A stretch of DNA of 64,000 bases. Source: Nitrospina sp. Lineage in GTDB: Bacteria; Nitrospinota; Nitrospinia; Nitrospinales; Nitrospinaceae. The translations under genes were made by a program, and so were the position numbers. Positions 52,519-60,929 of the stretch are shown in pieces (position 1 is the first letter of the stretch; each line of letters opens with the position of its first letter). The stretch is taken from positions 5,425-69,424 of the forward strand of contig JAGQJZ010000002.1 of the NCBI GenBank assembly GCA_020430445.1, given 5' to 3'. Below the pieces are notes generated by a model. It was not told where the DNA came from and searched no databases. It saw nothing but the letters and a program-made list of their open reading frames with translations.

Positions 52519-54236
52519 CCCAGCGCCACCTCGTTTGAAATCAACGGCACCAGCCACATGCTGAAACCGTACCCGTCCAGGCCCAGCCGCCCCCGGTTGG
52601 CGGAAACCTCGACCCCGGTGACGCGAAATCCCCATTGCTCCAACGCCTTGTTCAGGCGGCTCAGAAAAATTTCCGCGCCGGTATCGGTCAGCGCCCAGCC
52701 CGTTACCCGTACACCCGCGGTGGTTCTGGACTCAGCAATACTGTTGAGGATGATCTCATCACTGACCGACCCCGCCAGCGCCTTGAGCATTCCGGGCACC
52801 GACTCCTGCCGCTCCATGAGAACCTTCTCGAAGATCCGGTTCTTCTCTATCAACTCATCGAGTTCGCGCCGGGTTTCGACGATGCTCTCTTCCAGAACCT
52901 TGCCCCTCGAAGCATCACCTTCCACCTTCTTTTTGATACTCATCTTCTCCTCGAACTGCTCCTCAAGCCTGGCTTCCTTTTTCTTGTTCTTCCAGATCTC
53001 GTAGCGGATGGAGGCGTCGAAGCCCGCCACTCCCAGCAGCACCAGTCCCGCCGCCGCGTAAGGGTACAGTTCCCTGCGCTTCCAAAGAGGCTGCTTCGGC
53101 GGCTGGGCGTTCAACCGCGCCGTGGCGTTGACCGGCGCACGGCCGAGGTAATGCGCGGCGGCCCCGGCAAGCGCCGCCAGCCCCTGCGGGTCCGGCTTGC
53201 CTTCAAGGGTGACGGTTTCCACCTTGCGCCCGGTGTGCCCGGCCAGTTCATCCGCCAGCCCGTGACTGCCGGAACCCGGAGCGAACAGATACACCGTGCG
53301 CAGGTCCGGCCGCAATTGCTCCTGGCACAAGGCGAACAAGTCCAGTGAATCCGGCAGGCCGTTGCTCACCGGAGCCATGCGGACGGCGGACAACTGACCG
53401 GCACGGCCGCGAAAGGCCGCCATCTGCTCCTGCCGGACTTCGATCAATAACTGCTCCCCCTTGGCGCTCCCCGTCAGGGCGAAGGCATTGCCCAGTTGCG
53501 GATAAATCCATTCCAGCGTGAGCCCGTTCTGACGGAACGCTTTCTCCCAGGCACCGGACATGGACTTGCCGATCCCGACGGTGTACCAGGCGTAAACATC
53601 CTCCCCGCCGGGCGCCATGGCGTCTTCTTCTGAAACCTGCGGCGCCCAGCCGCAGACCAGATCGTCGTTGACCAGAATCAACTGTTCCTGAATCGCCAGG
53701 CATTCGTCCACCTGTTCGCGGCTGATCAAATTCAACTGAATCGCCACCTCGCCGAAGGGAGCCGACTTGCGTTTCCCGGTCTGGTCCTGGCCCATGCTCT
53801 GTTCCTTCGTCACCAGCTCCCTCTGCTCGGCGGTGAGGTAACCACGCCCCATCAACAGGGAGCCAAGGGACCAGATATCGTTCTGCTGGCCGAACAACGG
53901 CTCCAGTTCCCAGCGGATCAACTCCTGCATCTGCTCGTCCGTGCGCGGGTTCGCCGGGCTGACCGGTAACTCCAGCAGCGTGCCCACCGCGGAAGGCGTC
54001 ACCAGAAGCGCCTTTTTCGGAGGCTTGCGTCCCTGCTCCTCCAACTGCTCGACCAGTTCCCCGACCGCCACGCGAAAATCGACCGCGCGCGATTCCACCA
54101 CCGGACCGATGTCCACCCCGCCGCCGCCCGATTTGATGACCGCGCCGCGGATGCGGCAACCATCCGTTTCGCAAGCGAACACCGAGCCGGGCGCGCCGAC
54201 CTTGATGTTGTCGAGTTTTTTAAAGAAACCGAGCAT
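52515..54236 (-). CDS. PilM-PilN fusion (GspL-like) assembly protein
   Basis: 573 aa. N-terminal actin-like PilM-type region, one TM (LYPYAAAGLVLLGVAGF), then a coiled coil and PilN-like periplasmic domain. Confidence 0.75.
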   Translation of the reverse strand: MLGFFKKLDNIKVGAPGSVFACETDGCRIRGAVIKSGGGGVDIGPVVESRAVDFRVAVGELVEQLEEQGRKPPKKALLVTPSAVGTLLELPVSPANPRTDEQMQELIRWELEPLFGQQNDIWSLGSLLMGRGYLTAEQRELVTKEQSMGQDQTGKRKSAPFGEVAIQLNLISREQVDECLAIQEQLILVNDDLVCGWAPQVSEEDAMAPGGEDVYAWYTVGIGKSMSGAWEKAFRQNGLTLEWIYPQLGNAFALTGSAKGEQLLIEVRQEQMAAFRGRAGQLSAVRMAPVSNGLPDSLDLFALCQEQLRPDLRTVYLFAPGSGSHGLADELAGHTGRKVETVTLEGKPDPQGLAALAGAAAHYLGRAPVNATARLNAQPPKQPLWKRRELYPYAAAGLVLLGVAGFDASIRYEIWKNKKKEARLEEQFEEKMSIKKKVEGDASRGKVLEESIVETRRELDELIEKNRIFEKVLMERQESVPGMLKALAGSVSDEIILNSIAESRTTAGVRVTGWALTDTGAEIFLSRLNKALEQWGFRVTGVEVSANRGRLGLDGYGFSMWLVPLISNEVALG

Positions 54237-54241
54237 GCACG

Positions 54242-55258
54242 TTACCTTATAGTGAGTTCTGGGTTGGGCCGTGCAACCCCAGCGTAAAAATTGACATGGG
54301 CAGTGGCCAATTGAGTTCCTGTAACAGTCGAATCCGCATCAAAAGTGTGCGTTTCAGAAATTCCGTTGTGCCGCGTGGTGTTATCCGCATCTTGCACTAA
54401 CAACAGGAGGTGCTCCCCTTGCGGAATACGCATGGAGGTTTGTACCGCGTCCGGAGCTGGAAATGTCATAGTGTTATTGCCAACAACCAAGTCGTCTCCT
54501 ACAACACAATCGCTGGTAAGACGCCTCCAGTTAAAATTGTCGGCCGGACTATTGTCATTATTCACATAAACCAGCAGGGAAACTCGAAAACACCCTCCAC
54601 TGGCTGAGACAGTAGAGCCGCGTGTGTTTTGTACCATCACATTCCAACCTTCGAGATCAACCGTCCAGTCTGCTTCCTCAATAGTGTCAGTAATATCCGG
54701 CTCGTATAAATTGACCCCTCCCGCGACATTATCCTTTCCCAGTGTTGTGCTGGGGAAAACAGTCGCAGTAACAGTACCGGTAAAACCGTTTCCCCAGCCG
54801 TCATTAAAATTATTACTGCCGGGTGGAAGCGTGAGATAACCGCCACGGTATCCCTTGAATAATTGATTGGACCCACCCGTTACATCGCTGTTATTAGTGG
54901 CATCATTTAAGCCTGTTCCATTGACTGGATCTTGGTCAAAGGCAGGAATTCGAAGACTAAAGGTGTCGTAATCTGTGTGTTGAGTCGTCAGGTCTGCGCG
55001 AACTTCAGGGAGACGGCCATTATCCACCACATACCCGGAGAGCAGGCGCTGGCCGTTGTAGACGGGCTGGGTTTCGCCGACGATGGCCTTGCGGATCAGC
55101 GTCAGCCGGTTGCGCGTGTCTTCAAAGCGCACCTGGTCGGTGTTGTTTTCCACCGCCGACAGGGTCATGAACGCGGTGACGGAAAGCAGCGTCACCACCA
55201 GCAGCAACTCGAGCAGGGTGAAACCGGACTGATCGGAACGCTTGTGCCGAGGCGTCAT
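54242..55258 (-). CDS. large prepilin-type pseudopilin (338 aa)
   Basis: Leader MTPRHKRSDQSG/FTLLELLLVV with Glu at +5. Confidence 0.8.
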   Translation of the reverse strand: MTPRHKRSDQSGFTLLELLLVVTLLSVTAFMTLSAVENNTDQVRFEDTRNRLTLIRKAIVGETQPVYNGQRLLSGYVVDNGRLPEVRADLTTQHTDYDTFSLRIPAFDQDPVNGTGLNDATNNSDVTGGSNQLFKGYRGGYLTLPPGSNNFNDGWGNGFTGTVTATVFPSTTLGKDNVAGGVNLYEPDITDTIEEADWTVDLEGWNVMVQNTRGSTVSASGGCFRVSLLVYVNNDNSPADNFNWRRLTSDCVVGDDLVVGNNTMTFPAPDAVQTSMRIPQGEHLLLLVQDADNTTRHNGISETHTFDADSTVTGTQLATAHVNFYAGVARPNPELTIR

Positions 55259-55749
55259 GTTCCCGGCTCCTTCTCAAACCCCACCACCAGAAAAGCGGGC
55301 CCCTTGGAATAGTTGTAAACGTGGAAGGCATTGAACCGCACCTTCTGCCCCACCTTCAGCCTGTCTTTTATTTTCAGGGCGGCCATGTCCTCGACGTAAA
55401 CGGGAATGATCGCGCCGCCCCGGGTCTTCACAAACATGCGGTGCGACACTTCCGGCAGCGGGTCCAGCCCGCCACCGACTCTCAGGGCGGTGTAGATGTA
55501 TTCCAGCTTGCGCGCTTCCGGCAGGCGCATGATTTCGATATCGAGCTTCACCGGCCGGGCCGGGCGCAAAATCAACCGCTGGCCGTCGTCGCGTCTGGTA
55601 TTGGCGATGACCTGGTCCAGATTGATCGACTGGAATTTAGTGCGCTCCGGTGCGGACGGAGCCTTCTGTTCTTCGGCGAACGGCGCAACCGGAGCCGCGA
55701 GCAGGAAAAACAGACTGAAAAAAATGGCGTGCACGGTTTGTCTTCTCAT
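55255..55749 (-). CDS. secreted hypothetical protein (164 aa)
   Basis: Signal peptide FFSLFFLLAAPVAPFA. Start and stop overlap both neighbouring pseudopilin genes. Confidence 0.6.
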   Translation of the reverse strand: MRRQTVHAIFFSLFFLLAAPVAPFAEEQKAPSAPERTKFQSINLDQVIANTRRDDGQRLILRPARPVKLDIEIMRLPEARKLEYIYTALRVGGGLDPLPEVSHRMFVKTRGGAIIPVYVEDMAALKIKDRLKVGQKVRFNAFHVYNYSKGPAFLVVGFEKEPGT

Positions 55750-56570
55750 CAGTTCACACTCACCACGATGTCGTCGTTATCACCCTGTTCGTAATCCCCG
55801 TTGGGGCCGAGCGCCACGATGCAGGGCACGCTGCAATTGGTGACATTGCCCTCGGCGGCATCGGCAATGAAATACAAAAACGGCCGGCCATGGGTCAGAA
55901 ACGCGGGCCCACCGCTATAAGGCCGCCAGTCGAGAACGCAAGCGGTGTTTCCCGGGTTTTCCACGCAATCACCACCACCGCCGACCTGGGGCCGAAGCTC
56001 GCTCGGGTCGGCCACACCCCACACGGAAAAGTGGACGGCGGTATCGATATCCACCGGGTTTCCAGTACCGTCTTCAATCAGCGCGTCCCCCACGTCCACC
56101 AGGTTTTCGCGTTTCAGGTACGGCCCGCGCCAGCCGCGTCCGCTTTCGGCATCCCACGGCAGGACACAGTTGGAACAATCGGCGGCAGGATCGTTGCCAT
56201 CGTTCGTCGGCTGGCGGTAAAGCTGTTCCAGGTTGGCGGGAGACTCAAAAAGCAACAGATCAGCCGCCGGCTCCGGGTCCGTGGGATTCAAATCCACTTG
56301 CCCTCCGTTTTCTTCATGATCGAACGGTCCTTCCTTCGGATAGTAGCCGGTGTCCTGGCGGAACTGGCGGATGGCCTTGGCCACTTCCTGCAGTTCGGCG
56401 CGGGTCAATGTCGCCCGCGCGTCTTCGTCGACACCGGTGAACGTGCTGACCCCGATGGAGACCACCGCGATGAGGACGGCGATGACGACCATCAACTCAA
56501 TCAGGGAAAAACCGGATTCCGCCTGTGCCGGGATCGGATCCCGGCCCCAAAACCCTTCTCGGTTGTTCAT
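55749..56570 (-). CDS. prepilin-type pseudopilin (273 aa)
   Basis: Leader MNNREGFWGRDPIPAQAESG/FSLIELMVVI. An alternative in-frame TTG at 56583-56585 has AGGAGGGG 10 nt upstream. Confidence 0.8.
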   Translation of the reverse strand: MNNREGFWGRDPIPAQAESGFSLIELMVVIAVLIAVVSIGVSTFTGVDEDARATLTRAELQEVAKAIRQFRQDTGYYPKEGPFDHEENGGQVDLNPTDPEPAADLLLFESPANLEQLYRQPTNDGNDPAADCSNCVLPWDAESGRGWRGPYLKRENLVDVGDALIEDGTGNPVDIDTAVHFSVWGVADPSELRPQVGGGGDCVENPGNTACVLDWRPYSGGPAFLTHGRPFLYFIADAAEGNVTNCSVPCIVALGPNGDYEQGDNDDIVVSVN

Positions 56571-56707
56571 CGTTTCTGGCCCCAAACGAAAAAATCCCCT
56601 CCTGGAAGACCGGACGGGATGCAGTACAGTTTTATTGCAGAAGAAAGTCAAATCCGGGGACTACTCCGGTTTTCACATTCCTGGGACACCTGGTTACCCG
56701 GCCTTAC

Positions 56708-56729
56708 CCGACGTTCTTCCGACGTTCTT
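56708..56729 (-). repeat. perfect 11-bp tandem duplication in the 5' UTR of the pseudopilin operon
   Basis: ccgacgttctt ccgacgttctt on the plus strand. The transcript would read AAGAACGUCGG twice. Confidence 0.85.
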
Positions 56730-56840
56730 TTGAATGTCTGGAAGTTGACCCCCGTCCCGTTCGCGCCCTTCCGGGGCAACGCGGAACCGGTTATCAAATT
56801 CCCGTTCTAAAAATCCAACAATCTGATTGATTTTTTGGAA

Positions 56841-56869
56841 ATTATAGAACGACCGCCTCAAGGTGTCAA
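56841..56869 (-). promoter_or_regulatory. consensus sigma70 promoter facing the pseudopilin/assembly operon
   Basis: Minus strand reads TTGACA (56869-56864), 17-nt spacer, TATAAT (56846-56841). Both hexamers match consensus perfectly. Confidence 0.55.
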
Positions 56870-57038
56870 TCTAGTTTATTGTAAATAAATGGCTTATTTA
56901 TTTTTTGATTTTCATTCTCCGAAAGTCTGACGTTTTACAATCGATTGACAATCATAATCATTTGTATTCATTGGCCCCGGCTTCCTTCCTCTCCGGTCCG
57001 CCGGGAACTCACGTTTTCCCCGTTTTAAAACAGGCGAA

Positions 57039-57066
57039 CTGCCGCACCCGGGGGAGGGTGCGGCAG
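57039..57066 (-). terminator. stem-loop directly after the major pilin gene (terminator or attenuator)
   Basis: CTGCCGCACCC-N6-GGGTGCGGCAG, an 11-bp stem 30 nt after the pilin stop. A U-run (GUUUUAAAA) begins 8 nt after the stem. Confidence 0.55.
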
Positions 57067-57095
57067 CTCTGGAGGGTCAAACAAACACCGGATGT

Positions 57096-58079
57096 TTAGA
57101 TGGTGTTACGCGTGCCATCCCATTCACCCAGTTCTTCTTCCTTGGTGTCGCCTGCACCGTCAACAATAGCCACGAGCAGAACCTGGTCAACCGCAGTCGC
57201 CCCACCTGCACCATCGGTGGTACCAATACGAAACAAAGCAGTGAAGCGGTTGTACTCGTTTGACTGAACATGACGATACACCGGAACCGAAGTCATGCCA
57301 CCGAGCTGCGTCTTGTCGAACAGGGTGGAACTCGGTCCGAGACCGACCGCCATCATCACCGGCAAACCGTTATCAGCAGTAGAAATATCCAAAGCAGCGC
57401 CAGACAGGGCAATATCATTAGTTACTTGCTGACCAGTAATACGCTCGGTTCCCCCACCCCATGCCAGAACGGTAGTCGCATTTCCAATAGGATGGTCACC
57501 ACCGCAACCGTTGGCGGCGGGGCTCAGGAAAATGTTACCGGCGACGACGGCATTACCGCGGTCTGCAACCAGGGCAGCAAGGTTATCGCAATCTCCAGAA
57601 CCATCCGGATCATGCCCCGCATTACCGGTGGTAGGATAAGTGACACGAAGAGTGGTGATACCAATATCGCTCAAACGCTCAACTACGGTATCGCCCGCTG
57701 CAGCTTCACCAGCAGATGTAATAGTAGACAGAGTCAGAGTACCCAGAGCATCATGCACTGCGGTGCTCACCTGCACTGCTCCCGTATCCCCCACAGTACT
57801 ACCTGCACCACCATCCATAATAGAATCGAAGCGGTCCGGATACCGGTTCTTGTTGAGCACGCGGAATTCGCGGATGCCCTTGTCGAGTTCGTCCATCATG
57901 GCGACGTGAGCCGCGGCGGACGCACGGGCGTCGGTGTCCTGCAGCGCCACAACGGCGGTGCCGGCGATGGCGGCCAGGATGGCGACCACGACGAGCAATT
58001 CGAGCAGGGTGAAACCGGACTGGTTGCCCGCCAGGCGTTTTGCGCGATTGCGCAGTTTTGCAATCAATGCGTTGTACAT
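57096..58079 (-). CDS. large type IV pilin-like major subunit (327 aa)
   Basis: 22-residue leader MYNALIAKLRNRAKRLAGNQSG/FTLLELLVVVAILAAIAG with Glu at +5. GAGGAG RBS. Followed by its own hairpin. Confidence 0.85.
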   Translation of the reverse strand: MYNALIAKLRNRAKRLAGNQSGFTLLELLVVVAILAAIAGTAVVALQDTDARASAAAHVAMMDELDKGIREFRVLNKNRYPDRFDSIMDGGAGSTVGDTGAVQVSTAVHDALGTLTLSTITSAGEAAAGDTVVERLSDIGITTLRVTYPTTGNAGHDPDGSGDCDNLAALVADRGNAVVAGNIFLSPAANGCGGDHPIGNATTVLAWGGGTERITGQQVTNDIALSGAALDISTADNGLPVMMAVGLGPSSTLFDKTQLGGMTSVPVYRHVQSNEYNRFTALFRIGTTDGAGGATAVDQVLLVAIVDGAGDTKEEELGEWDGTRNTI

Positions 58080-58183
58080 TTGAATCTCCTCAAAGTTGGT
58101 TTGGTTTGGCTTCCGACCTCACCCCTGAGGCTCGTCACCCGCGAAATTATTTTTATGGACTGTCCCTTGGGGAATTGTCTGCA

Positions 58184-58310
58184 CGGCCCCACGCCGTCAT
58201 TCACTCGTGCTTCTTCCGGATAAATTCGCAACCGGCCCTACCCCTGGGACACGGTCCGTCCGGTTCTGAATTGAGTTCCCACTCGGGTTCTATAGCGCGG
58301 CCCCACGCCG
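58184..58310. repeat. 13-bp direct repeat pair upstream of the pilin gene
   Basis: cggccccacgccg occurs at 58184-58196 and 58298-58310. The second copy lies in the last codons of the upstream ORF. Confidence 0.8.
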
Positions 58311-58748
58311 CCGCTCATTTGAATTCTCTCCAGGCTTTCCACCTTCGGTGTCTTCCGACACGCGCCGGTCACCGTGAATCCGGCGGTCCACCGTGATACG
58401 TCTTTCCAGCCGGAAGTCGCGTTTTGCCGAAAGGGTGCGCCGGTCCCGCCCCCCTCTCCGCACCCCTTCACGCCGGCAGGTTCCGACATAGTTTTTGTTG
58501 GATCCATGCCAGGCTTTCCTCGGAACCACCTGGTGCCGGTAGCGGTTTTTTGCCACGGCCTGACTCTCATAATCCACCACCCACCGGTGCTGCTTGCCGC
58601 AATGGAGGATGACTTCCTTTTGACCGCGCCGCTGAATCTTGATCTCGACCCGGATTTCGCCATAACCATCGTGGGCGAAAACATCGTCGTACAATTCGAC
58701 CAGTTTGTTCAGGACCGTCAGGTTGGTTGCATTACCTCCCACAGACAC
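58290..58748 (-). CDS. hypothetical protein with Arg-rich DRR-repeat tail (152 aa)
   Basis: GTG start. N-terminal part LNKLVELYDDVFAHDGYGEIRVEIKIQRRGQKEVILHCGKQHRWVVD. Tail RRGGRDRRTLSAKRDFRLERRITVDRRIHGDRR. Confidence 0.6.
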   Translation of the reverse strand: MSVGGNATNLTVLNKLVELYDDVFAHDGYGEIRVEIKIQRRGQKEVILHCGKQHRWVVDYESQAVAKNRYRHQVVPRKAWHGSNKNYVGTCRREGVRRGGRDRRTLSAKRDFRLERRITVDRRIHGDRRVSEDTEGGKPGENSNERRRGAAL

Positions 58749-59450
58749 CTCTTGAAACAGAAAAATTGGATTGAGACCCAGGTTTAAAAAAATATTGAGA
58801 ACTGTTTTTTGAGAATATTAATGATAACGATTTTCAAATTCAAGCTTTTTTTTATTCCTCTCCCTCTTTTTTTCCACAAAATGGTTACGGGATGAGGAGG
58901 CGCATAGAATTAACTTCATATTTTTCAATTATTTACAAGAATCTCCTCTCGCAGAAAAAAAATTTAGCCTGTGGATAACTTTTCCGCCCAATTCCTCCCC
59001 CAGAATATCTTTCAAAAAAATACAAAAGTGAGTTTCAAAATCGATTACTTGCCGGGACGCTTCCTTATTTTTGCGTGGCCTCTCGGCCACGTGGGAAACC
59101 CTTCGAGGCGGGTGACGTGCATGCTTTTGCGCTGTCATATTGCATCCGATCCGGCGCAGGAAATACGCGGCAGCGGGACGACCTGCCCTACCCTGTTACG
59201 TCACACTGAACGGCCACTGCCGGCTGCAAGGCTCGGGGTCTTTCGGCGCGGGTAGCGGCGGCTCCTCTGATGACACGCTGGATTTTTCAGGGGATGCCTG
59301 CTGGGTTGTCACTTTGGAGCCGGTCGAAGGGAGGCAACCGGTTTTACGCTGCCGTATTTCGATACGGCAATGCAACGGAAGAAAGGCCGTCAATATTCCG
59401 CTTCGAAGGTTTTCCGGGGTTTGCGAAAATCGTGTTGAGAGGTGGCGATA

Positions 59451-60929
59451 TCAACTGATGGGGGAATGCCCGGCATCCGGAGGAGGCGTTTCGGCTGGCC
59501 CGCCGGGTTCACCGGAAGCCGGGGAATCGATCCGGGTTCCCAGCGCGCGGAACAGGGTGGCGATTTGCGTGGCGTAGTTGGTCCGTTCCGCCGCCAGTTG
59601 CTGCTTGCCATTGGCCAGCACCCTTTGCGCATCCACCACGTTGAGGAAACTGATCAACCCCTGCCTGTAGAGCGTCTCCGCCTGATAGGAACTGACACCG
59701 CTGGCCTCGACGGCCTTCCCCAATGACTGCTGCCGGGCCAGGGAAGCCTGAATGGCCGCCAGCGTGCTCTCCACTTCCTCGCTGGCATCGCGAAGGAGTT
59801 GTTTGTAATTCGCCAGGGCTTCCTCCGCCTGGGCCCGGGCGATATCCAGGTTCGCCTGCCGCGCTCCGCCGGCGGTGACGATCTGGTTGATCAACGTTCC
59901 CAGCGACGCCAGCAGGATATCCATCGTCGGGACGCCCACCACCCCCGCCGCGCCGATGCCGATCTGCCCGATCAGGTCAAAGGTGGGATAAAAATCCGCT
60001 TCCGCCACGCCGATCCGCGCCACCGCCGCCTTCAACGTCTCCTCGCTCTGGCGGATGTCCGGACGCATGGAGAGCACTTCCATGGGAACGAACTCGGGAA
60101 TTTTGCCTTGATAGACGGGGATGTCCCGATGCGTTTTCAGCAGTTCTTCATAGACGCCGGGGTATTGCCCGGTCAGGGAGGCGAGGCGGTTGCGCGAATT
60201 GAGCAGCGCCTGCTCAAGGGACGGAATACCGGCGCGCAGGTTTTCCACCGTGGTTTCCGCCCGGCGCATGTCCAGTTCGGGAGACAGTCCCGCTTCATAG
60301 CGGCTGCGCACGATGGACAGGGTTTTGTCCTGCAACCCCACGGACTCCCGCAGCAAATCGAGCTGGCGCTGGTTGCCGCGCAGTTGGAGGTATTCCCGGG
60401 TGATCTGGGAACTGATGCTGAGGACGATGCCGCGCAGGTCCGCCTGGGACGCCTCGAAACCGGCGCGGGCGGCTTGCACGCCGCGCTCGAACCGCCCCGC
60501 CACGTCCAGCGGCAGGCGCAGGGACAGGGCGCTGAAAACGCTGCCGGTGGTGGTGCTTCTCGCCCGGTCCAGCGAAAACTCCTCTTCCAGCGCGTTGTCC
60601 AGACCGGCGTTGACTTTCAGGTTGTCCCCGGCATCGGCGAGTACAATGCGGGCGTGCGCCTCCTTCACCCGGGCTTCGGCGGCGGCCACCCGAAAATTGT
60701 TTTCCAGTCCCTTGCGCACCAGTTGATCGAGGGTATCATCGGTAAAGCCCCTCCACCAGTCGGTGGCGATGGTGGTGCTCTCTTTCCCCGCATTCAATTG
60801 GGTAAGCACCTTTTGCGAGACAAAGGCTCCGGGCGCTTCCATTTCCGGTTTTTCATAGTCGGGGCCCACCACGCAGGCGGAACTGAATAAAAGCGGCGTC
60901 AACAGCAACGCAAACCCGCGCCGCCTCAC
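59451..60929 (-). CDS. NodT-family RND efflux outer-membrane lipoprotein
   Basis: 492 aa. Lipobox LFSSAC followed by VVGPDYEKP, then a duplicated OEP-type helical/barrel repeat. Confidence 0.9.
   Translation of the reverse strand: MRRRGFALLLTPLLFSSACVVGPDYEKPEMEAPGAFVSQKVLTQLNAGKESTTIATDWWRGFTDDTLDQLVRKGLENNFRVAAAEARVKEAHARIVLADAGDNLKVNAGLDNALEEEFSLDRARSTTTGSVFSALSLRLPLDVAGRFERGVQAARAGFEASQADLRGIVLSISSQITREYLQLRGNQRQLDLLRESVGLQDKTLSIVRSRYEAGLSPELDMRRAETTVENLRAGIPSLEQALLNSRNRLASLTGQYPGVYEELLKTHRDIPVYQGKIPEFVPMEVLSMRPDIRQSEETLKAAVARIGVAEADFYPTFDLIGQIGIGAAGVVGVPTMDILLASLGTLINQIVTAGGARQANLDIARAQAEEALANYKQLLRDASEEVESTLAAIQASLARQQSLGKAVEASGVSSYQAETLYRQGLISFLNVVDAQRVLANGKQQLAAERTNYATQIATLFRALGTRIDSPASGEPGGPAETPPPDAGHSPIS

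Noticed and set aside
58168-58183. A sigma54-like element, TGGGGA-N5-CTGCA, upstream of the pilin gene.
   Set aside because: - It is on the plus strand, pointing away from the pilin gene and into the antisense of the Arg-rich ORF.
- The reverse complement has no GG-N10-GC spacing.
58929-59255. Small ORFs 58929-59138 (minus, 69 aa) and 58971-59255 (plus, 94 aa).
   Set aside because: - They overlap each other on opposite strands in AT-rich DNA.
- They have no RBS.
- Their translations have no recognisable motifs or hydrophobic pattern.
59040-59450. A c-di-GMP (GEMM-type) riboswitch in the structured spacer.
   Set aside because: - I could not find the conserved GEMM-I or GEMM-II core segments by eye on either strand.
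- The region is kept only as an unexplained structured region pending a covariance-model scan.
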